DNA of 64,000 nucleotides from Deltaproteobacteria bacterium (GTDB lineage Bacteria; Myxococcota; Kuafuiibacteriia; Kuafuiibacteriales; Kuafuiibacteriaceae): NCBI GenBank assembly GCA_040218735.1, contig JAVJQW010000027.1, positions 1 to 64,000 of the forward strand, read 5' to 3'. Shown piece by piece: positions 56,926 to 64,000 of this stretch (position 1 is its first letter; each line of letters starts with the position of its first letter). The notes under the pieces were generated by a model. It saw only the letters and a program-made list of their open reading frames with translations, ran no database searches and was not told where the DNA came from. The position numbers and the translations under genes were made by a program.

Positions 56926-58689
56926 TCAACGCGCGGCGAGGCGCGACGGCGCCGAGGGTAGCGCCGTGGTGGTCGTCGGCGCCGTCTTCTCGTACGCGAT
57001 GATCACCACGTACCGCCCCCACGGCTCGTCGTCGGGCTGCCGATGCCCGACGGAGATCACCACGCGTGCGTCGGAGGTGATCAGACCCTGCGGCCACTGG
57101 ATCTGCTCGAGGTCGGTCGTCTCGACGTAGTACCCACCGACGCCGGTCTTCAGCGCGTTGGCGGTCGTGCGCATGAGGGCGTCGAGGGCGTCCTCCGCGG
57201 ACGCCCCGGTCATGATGGCCTCGTCCGCCTTCAGGATCGCCGCTTCGAGGTTCGGCGCCATCATCGCCGGCTTCTGCCGACCCGCGCTCGCCCGCGCCGC
57301 GGAGATCGACTCGAGGACCTGCGTCCGCAGGTCGGCGGCGGGCGTCTCGAAGAGCGCGTACGTCGCGAGCAACACGCCGTACAGATCTGACGACGCCTCG
57401 AACAGCGGCCCGATCGCGACGCGCTTCGCTTCGGGATCGAGCAACACCATGCGTCCGAAGGGCCCGTCGATGATGCCCGCGAGGAGCGTCGCGAGGTTCG
57501 GCACCCCCACGCTGATCGCGGAGCCGACCTGCCCGTACCGCACCGTGTCCTCCACGCTCCACCCCGCGCGGAGCCCGAGCGCCACCGTCTCCGCGACCAT
57601 CGGATCGAGGCGCCCCAGCAGCGACGCGAAGTACGGCACGACGAACTGACTCGCCTCCGAGCTCTGCGTCAGGTCGATCGTGAGCGGCGCGCGCCCCGCC
57701 TGTTGGCGTACCTCGTTGGCGAGCTCCAACAGACGGCCCGTGAGCTCCGCCGCGCTGCTCGCCTGGACCTGCTGCCCGAGCTCCGGCCTTCGGTAGGGCG
57801 CCGGCGCAGCGCCCGAAGGGTGAACGCGGATCGCCGCCCCCATCGTCCCGAACACCGCGCCCGGCTCGAACGTCGCGACCTCGATCCACGCGGCGTCGTC
57901 ATCGGCCGCCATCGGACACTCCACGACGAACCGGGGACGTTGCGCGTTGACGACGATTCCACACTCCGCGGCGCCGTAGGTACCCACCGTCGCGAGGGTG
58001 CGCTGCGAAGCGATCGGACCCACGAACTCACCGTCGACGCGATACCCACCCTGAGATCGTGTCACCGAACGAATGGCGATCGTTCGCCGCGCGTAGGCGA
58101 AGATGAACATCCCGCGGTTCCCTTCGCGGTGATAGGTGAGCCCGGTGGCCAACGGGCCGCGCACGGCCGGCCGTACCATCTGCGCGACTTGCTGTTCCGC
58201 GTGATCCCAGACCTTGTGGTCGTCCCACTCCGGCGGAAGGTCGAAGGTCAGCGTCGAGTACGCGAAGCTCGTCATCAGCGTCTTGCAGCGCGCGGCGAGG
58301 TCACGTTGGAGCGCGAGGGAAGGCGCCTTCTCGTGGATGAGTAGGAAACGCGCCAGCTCGCGGGCGGCACAATTCATCCCCGGCGTCGGACGCGCCTGCC
58401 CCTGAGACGTCTGGTAGAGCTGCACCAGATATTTCGACCAGAGCTGCGCGTCCTGATGAAGTGTGTTGCCGTAGTCCGGAGGGAAGGGGCCGACGAACTC
58501 CCAGGACTCGACGTCCGCCACCGCGTTCCCCTCCAGGGTCGCGTCCAACGCACGTACTTCCGCGAGCGCCTCTCGCGTCGGAAACCCACCCTTCGTCTTG
58601 GTGTTGGAGAGGCCCGCGGAGCCACGCCCCGTCGAGGTGGCGCAGGCCGCGAGGCCCAAACTCATGAGTAGGATCCCCCGGTGGTTCAT
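56926..58689 (-). CDS. Lipoprotein with CAP-like domain
   Basis: ATG 58689, lipobox LAAC; LLELANEVRQQAGRAPL...LLDPEAKRVAIG. Confidence 0.7.
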   Translation of the reverse strand: MNHRGILLMSLGLAACATSTGRGSAGLSNTKTKGGFPTREALAEVRALDATLEGNAVADVESWEFVGPFPPDYGNTLHQDAQLWSKYLVQLYQTSQGQARPTPGMNCAARELARFLLIHEKAPSLALQRDLAARCKTLMTSFAYSTLTFDLPPEWDDHKVWDHAEQQVAQMVRPAVRGPLATGLTYHREGNRGMFIFAYARRTIAIRSVTRSQGGYRVDGEFVGPIASQRTLATVGTYGAAECGIVVNAQRPRFVVECPMAADDDAAWIEVATFEPGAVFGTMGAAIRVHPSGAAPAPYRRPELGQQVQASSAAELTGRLLELANEVRQQAGRAPLTIDLTQSSEASQFVVPYFASLLGRLDPMVAETVALGLRAGWSVEDTVRYGQVGSAISVGVPNLATLLAGIIDGPFGRMVLLDPEAKRVAIGPLFEASSDLYGVLLATYALFETPAADLRTQVLESISAARASAGRQKPAMMAPNLEAAILKADEAIMTGASAEDALDALMRTTANALKTGVGGYYVETTDLEQIQWPQGLITSDARVVISVGHRQPDDEPWGRYVVIIAYEKTAPTTTTALPSAPSRLAAR

Positions 58690-58712
58690 CGGGGCGGAGA
58701 GTACGCGATGAC

Positions 58713-60158
58713 TCAGGGGTTGGCGCAAATGGCGTAGGTCGTGAGGACCTCGTTGTTCATGTCACCGGAGCAGCGGCAGTACGCTCGCCACGCCGTGTTG
58801 CCGTTCGTCGGGTGGCTCTCGTACTCCTCCAGGTCGCGGCTGTTGTCGTTGCAGGTGCACCCTTCGGAACCGCCGCCGATCACCAGCTGGCCGCCGGTGC
58901 ACTGCGCGGAGGCCTCCGCCGTGCGCCCGCCGCCGAAGCTGTCGGTCGCCGTGATGACCTGGTAGCCGAGCGTCGCGAGGCTCCCCGGCCCCGTCGCACC
59001 CGTCGGTCCGTCCGGACCGGTCGCTCCCGTCGGACCGTCCGGACCCTGCGCACCCGCGGGCCCCTGCGGTCCCACCGGCCCTTGCGCACCCGCCGGCCCT
59101 TGCGGCCCCGCGGGGCCTTGGAGTCCCTGCGGCCCAACGCCGCCCTGCGGTCCCGTCGGACCCTGCGGTCCGACCGCGCCGGCCGGCCCTGCGACGCCCG
59201 CCGGTCCCTGCGGTCCCGTCAGGCCCTGCGGTCCGGTCGCGCCCATCGGTCCCGCGGGTCCCGCCAAGCCCTGCGGTCCCGCCGGCCCCGTCGCGCCCGC
59301 CGGTCCCTGCGCTCCGATCGGTCCCTGCGGCCCGGCGGCGCCCATCGCGCCGACCGGTCCCTGGGGCCCCTGCGGTCCGACCGGTCCCATCGGGCCCAGT
59401 CCACCCTGCGGTCCCGCCGGACCCTGCGGCCCCACCGCTCCGGTCGTTCCGGTGGGCCCCGCGACACCTTGCGGCCCCGCCGCGCCGGTCGCACCGGCCG
59501 GCCCCGTGGCGCCCGCCGGACCCTCCGGCCCGACGACGCCCTGCGGTCCCGTCGGCCCTGCGGGTCCCGCCGGTCCGAGCAAGCCACGTTCACCCACCGG
59601 TCCGACCGCTCCGGTCGGCCCCGCCGGCCCCGTCGCACCGGCCGGTCCTCGAGGCCCTTGCGCGCCGGCCGGCCCCTCCGGCCCTGTGGGTCCCGTCGGT
59701 CCGCCGATATTGCTCACCGGCCCGATCCACTCGCCGGTCATCGTGTCGACCAGCGGCTGGCCGCCGACCTCGAGACCACCGGCGACGTTCGCGCGCAGCG
59801 CGTACGGGACACTCGCGAGCGGCTCGCGCGGCGTGAACTCTTCACCCGCGTCGAGCTGGATGCCCACCCAGCGCATGGTCCCGTCGAAGACCTCCGGCGT
59901 CAGCTCGGTCTGCATCCCGAGCACGACCTTGTAGTAGCCGCTCGCGTCGAGCGTCACGGACTGCTGCTCGGTCCACAGTGCGTCGCCGCCTTCGCCGCTC
60001 GCGTAGATCGAAAACGTGACGTCGTGCGCGCCGGTCACCGGTCGATCTTCGGCGTCCGCGAAGTGACCCTCCGCGACGAGCAACGCGGGCGTCTGCGCGT
60101 ACGCCATGACCGGGGCAGCGACGCACAGCAGCGCCATCGACAACGTCCTCGAATTCAT
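58713..60158 (-). CDS. Secreted collagen-like protein
   Basis: Signal peptide; N-terminal domain ending LASVPYA; 80 Gly-X-Y triplets; Cys-containing C-terminal domain. Confidence 0.92.
   Translation of the reverse strand: MNSRTLSMALLCVAAPVMAYAQTPALLVAEGHFADAEDRPVTGAHDVTFSIYASGEGGDALWTEQQSVTLDASGYYKVVLGMQTELTPEVFDGTMRWVGIQLDAGEEFTPREPLASVPYALRANVAGGLEVGGQPLVDTMTGEWIGPVSNIGGPTGPTGPEGPAGAQGPRGPAGATGPAGPTGAVGPVGERGLLGPAGPAGPTGPQGVVGPEGPAGATGPAGATGAAGPQGVAGPTGTTGAVGPQGPAGPQGGLGPMGPVGPQGPQGPVGAMGAAGPQGPIGAQGPAGATGPAGPQGLAGPAGPMGATGPQGLTGPQGPAGVAGPAGAVGPQGPTGPQGGVGPQGLQGPAGPQGPAGAQGPVGPQGPAGAQGPDGPTGATGPDGPTGATGPGSLATLGYQVITATDSFGGGRTAEASAQCTGGQLVIGGGSEGCTCNDNSRDLEEYESHPTNGNTAWRAYCRCSGDMNNEVLTTYAICANP
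58983..59702 (-). repeat. Collagen Gly-X-Y coding repeat (80 uninterrupted triplets)
   Basis: Counted from translation GPTGPT...GATGPG. Confidence 0.9.
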
Positions 60159-60496
60159 CACGGTCCTCTCGCGGTGGAGCGGTGGGTCGTCACGGCCGGG
60201 ACCGCGACCCGGCCGCGGTGTTGGAAACCACGGGTGTCCGTCTGTACGGGGCCGCCGATGACGGTGGGGACGGCGACTTCGACGTCGGGGGGAACGCAGC
60301 TCCCGTCGCGACAGACGTCGCCGCCTTCACACGGGGCGGACGTCGAGCACTCGACGCAGGTCGTGTCGCAGACGGCGGAGGCGCACTCGGTGTCGGCCGC
60401 GCACGCCTCGCCCAGCGCACCGAGGGACGGCAGCTGAGGTGCGAAGTCGCAGCCGAACAGCGCGAGGCCGAGGGCGAGGGGCAGGGCACGATTCAT
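60158..60496 (-). CDS. Small Cys-rich lipoprotein
   Basis: Lipobox LFGC; CxxDxxC repeats; stop overlaps the collagen-gene start (TGATG). Confidence 0.7.
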   Translation of the reverse strand: MNRALPLALGLALFGCDFAPQLPSLGALGEACAADTECASAVCDTTCVECSTSAPCEGGDVCRDGSCVPPDVEVAVPTVIGGPVQTDTRGFQHRGRVAVPAVTTHRSTARGP

Positions 60497-60568
60497 CGAC
60501 GTCGCTCGACGCCCATCAGTACCATGGGGCGACGCGCGATCCGAAGCATTTGAATCGCGCGTCAGGGA

Positions 60569-61867
60569 CTACCAGCAGCGTGCGTACGAGTGATTCGCGA
60601 GGTTCGTGTACGCGTTCACGCTGTTGTAGCGGTTGCAGCACGTCGCGCCGTTGCTCGGGCACGTGAACTGACCGTTGCCTCCCAGTTTGGGTTCGATCCA
60701 ATTCGAGAAAGTACCGCTCAGGCGGTGCCATCGCTGTTTGCGGTACGCGGCGATCCCGGTGTTCTTCGTGCAGAACTGATCGTCGTAGAACGTGCCGTTC
60801 GAGAGGACACCCGCGACGAGGTCGTGCGCGTCCTGATGCAACACCGCCGGTCCGCCCGAGTCACCCTTGCACACGATCGCCGTCGTCTCGTCGTCGGTGA
60901 GGAAGTGGCGCGAGCCGGTCCAGTCCACCGAGATTCGCGCGCCGTTCGGCGGCTCGTGGAGACGCGGCGAGGTCTGCGAGTAGCGGCTGCGCGAACCGAA
61001 GCCGTAGAGGTCCATCGTGATGCCGAGCGAGAGGTTCCCGAGCCACACGCGGTTGTTGTTGTAGTAGCGCTGCCAGTAGCTGCCGCTGCACAGGTCGATC
61101 GCGTCGCGCTCGTTGCTCGTGATGCACCCGCGGTGCATCGAGAGGATCGCGATGTCGTCGCCGGTGTCGCCGGTGCCCGTCCAGTTCTCGTGCTGGTAGA
61201 TGAACACGCGGTAGTTGCCGACCTGCACCGGCTCGCCGATGTCCGAGCCGCTCGGATCCGCGCGCATCACCCGCACGCGCCACCACCCCTCTGCGCCCGG
61301 CGGGATGCAGTGGGCCGAGGTGAGGATGTGGTTCTCGGAGATCGGGATCGCGGTGCAGTTGAACGTCGGTGCGTCGAGCGCGGCGTCTTCGGGATCGCCG
61401 AGCGAGACCGGGATGCGCACGTGCAGCCAGCGCTGGTCGCCGATCGGATCGCCGACCCAGATGCCGCGCGAAGTCTGGTTCGGGTTGCCTTCGATCGGGT
61501 AGTCGACGGCCTCTTCGGGGAGCTCGATGACGGGCTTCGCGGGTTGGAGCACGCGTGCCCGCGCGACGATGCGCGCGTCCTCGCAGGAGGTGACGGCGTC
61601 GAAGCCGACCTGCTGGGCGAGCGCTGCATTCTCCGCGAGCTCGTCGTTGAGGAGCGCGAAGTCGTAGCGTTCGACTTGGACTTCGCGCCCGCCGAGGATC
61701 TCGTTGTCGACCTCGACGCGATCACACTCGGTGAGGCGTGAGAGTTTCTTGGTGGCGCGACCAGTTTCTTGTTCCGCGAGCTCGGGAGAGGTCGACGGAG
61801 CACCGCCGCAGGCGAAGGCACCGACGATCCAGGGCAGCGCAAGGCAGACGGGTGACACGGATTTCAT
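60569..61867 (-). CDS. Trypsin-like serine protease lipoprotein
   Basis: ATG 61867, lipobox AFAC; ILTSAHC, DIAIL, CKGDSGGP. Confidence 0.9.
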   Translation of the reverse strand: MKSVSPVCLALPWIVGAFACGGAPSTSPELAEQETGRATKKLSRLTECDRVEVDNEILGGREVQVERYDFALLNDELAENAALAQQVGFDAVTSCEDARIVARARVLQPAKPVIELPEEAVDYPIEGNPNQTSRGIWVGDPIGDQRWLHVRIPVSLGDPEDAALDAPTFNCTAIPISENHILTSAHCIPPGAEGWWRVRVMRADPSGSDIGEPVQVGNYRVFIYQHENWTGTGDTGDDIAILSMHRGCITSNERDAIDLCSGSYWQRYYNNNRVWLGNLSLGITMDLYGFGSRSRYSQTSPRLHEPPNGARISVDWTGSRHFLTDDETTAIVCKGDSGGPAVLHQDAHDLVAGVLSNGTFYDDQFCTKNTGIAAYRKQRWHRLSGTFSNWIEPKLGGNGQFTCPSNGATCCNRYNSVNAYTNLANHSYARCW

Positions 61868-62027
61868 GAGAGGACTCCTGTTCGGTTGGGGGGCGCCGCG
61901 TCGCGTGGCGCTTCGCACTCACAGGTGCTTCCTGGCGGGTGTCCTTATCCGGGAAATTCGCGCCGACGTGTCCGCCACCACGCCGCAGCGCTACGCTCGA
62001 CACCAAGCTGGGGGCGTGACGCAATAG

Positions 62028-63218
62028 ATGCTGATGGGTCGGTTTTGCTTCGTGGTCGTCTTGGCGCTCGCCTTCGTCAACTCGGCTTGCGGTGCGATCG
62101 CCCAGCAGATGTACGGCTTCACCGAGACCCAGACCCGGACTTCGACGCGAGAACAGAAGGTGCGGGTCCACCGGCCGTTTGCGGCACGGGTCGAGCGTGT
62201 GGAGGCGGACGGGTCGCGAACGCAGGTCGAAGGCCCCAGCGACTTCGTCGACTTCGAGGTCGAAGAGACCGTCGAGGTGCCACGTTCGTTGGTGCCGCTG
62301 TACGTCGGCACGGCGCTCGACGCCGCCGCGACCGTGGGCGTCGGCGCGTTCTTCCTGAGTAAGCGCAACGTCGACGAATCCGCCGCGCAACCGCTCTTGC
62401 TCACGATCGGATCGGCGTTCATCGCCGACTTGGGTTTCTCGATCTACTACGGCACGAAGGAGCGGGAGCCGGAGCTGGTGCGCTACCGCCCGACGCAACC
62501 CAAGCCCGTGACCTACGTCGCCACGTTCGGCGAAGAGGTGACGACCGCTCGAATCGAGGCGACGTTCGATCACGAGGTGGAGCTGGACTTCGCCGCACCG
62601 CAGACCTCGACGACCGCAGTCGCGAAGCTCGTGCCCCCCGCCGAGCCGGGTGGCCCCAAGCTCCCCGCCGAGCCACCCACCGGGCCCGAGAAGAAGGGGG
62701 AGTCGTTCGAAGCGCTCACGGCGCCGGCGCCGCCTCCGCCCGAGGAGACCTGGTACGGCTGGCAGACGTTGCTCTTGGAGGTGCTGTCGCTCTCGCTGGT
62801 GGGTTACGGCGCCAACGAGAAGGACTACCGGATGCTCGGCATCGGCCTCGGCGCGCACGCGCTGGGACCCGGTCTGGTGCACGCGGGCAACGGTCAGCTC
62901 GACGAGGCGGGCGCGAGCGTCGGTCTGCACCTCGCGCCGGCCGCGGGCGGTGCGGCGGCCGGCGCCGCGATGGTCCTCGTGTTCTCGCCGTTCATCCTGC
63001 TGTTCGGGGAGGGCGACGAGATCCCGAACCTCATGGCCACGTTCGCGGGGTACGGCGCGGCCGCGATGTTCGTGATCGGTGCGCCGGTCGTCGCGATCCT
63101 CGACGCGGCCGCGATCGCCTGGAAACCGAAGGCCACCGAGACCGAGGTGCGCATCGCGCCGACCGCGAGCTGGACGGACGACGGGCACCCCACGTTCGGG
63201 TTCGTCGGCAGCTTCTGA
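62028..63218 (+). CDS. Hypothetical membrane lipoprotein, N-terminal paralog of 15321-16385
   Basis: NSAC lipobox-like; TM hairpin; Pro linker; WYGWQTLL hydrophobic C-terminal domain. Confidence 0.7.
   Translation: MLMGRFCFVVVLALAFVNSACGAIAQQMYGFTETQTRTSTREQKVRVHRPFAARVERVEADGSRTQVEGPSDFVDFEVEETVEVPRSLVPLYVGTALDAAATVGVGAFFLSKRNVDESAAQPLLLTIGSAFIADLGFSIYYGTKEREPELVRYRPTQPKPVTYVATFGEEVTTARIEATFDHEVELDFAAPQTSTTAVAKLVPPAEPGGPKLPAEPPTGPEKKGESFEALTAPAPPPPEETWYGWQTLLLEVLSLSLVGYGANEKDYRMLGIGLGAHALGPGLVHAGNGQLDEAGASVGLHLAPAAGGAAAGAAMVLVFSPFILLFGEGDEIPNLMATFAGYGAAAMFVIGAPVVAILDAAAIAWKPKATETEVRIAPTASWTDDGHPTFGFVGSF

Positions 63219-64000
<782 letters not shown>

Noticed and set aside
58983-59702. Dense DNA repeats resembling a CRISPR array or VNTR
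   Set aside because: 9-bp periodic degenerate collagen codons; no constant repeat with unique spacers and no cas genes

Overview
High-GC, gene-dense bacterial chromosome segment. It looks like Myxococcota, judging from many lipoproteins, Cys-rich repeats, RDAG linkers, three Hanks-type Ser/Thr kinases and an FHA-bEBP. I see no rRNA, tRNA, CRISPR array or mobile element. About 52 CDSs can be supported from protein motifs. The most notable features are: (1) a translationally coupled six-gene operon (20580-25163) encoding a ParA/MinD-like ATPase, two roadblock/LC7-like proteins, a tandem-V4R protein, a small unknown protein and a pseudo-receiver-DUF4388/PATAN protein, which resembles an MglAB/conservon-like switch without a small GTPase; (2) a sigma54-controlled sulfur island (33133-42402) with a persulfide dioxygenase-rhodanese fusion, a sensor-less bEBP, a Tat-less molybdoenzyme with a FeS-NrfD fusion and TorD, two YeeE/YedE proteins and a thiol-methyltransferase-like enzyme, plus two GG-N10-GC promoters sharing an identical upstream 10-mer; (3) signal-peptide-less, effector-like proteins, including a Tlde1-like plus glucosaminidase fusion and a PI4K-like kinase followed by an unannotated 58-aa ORF resembling the kinase's C-terminal helices; (4) an exosortase E with a VIT-vWA VPEID-CTERM-type substrate; (5) a Pho box before a porin, and back-to-back ECF promoters. 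All family calls are by eye from motifs; no database searches were run, and several start codons are my estimates.
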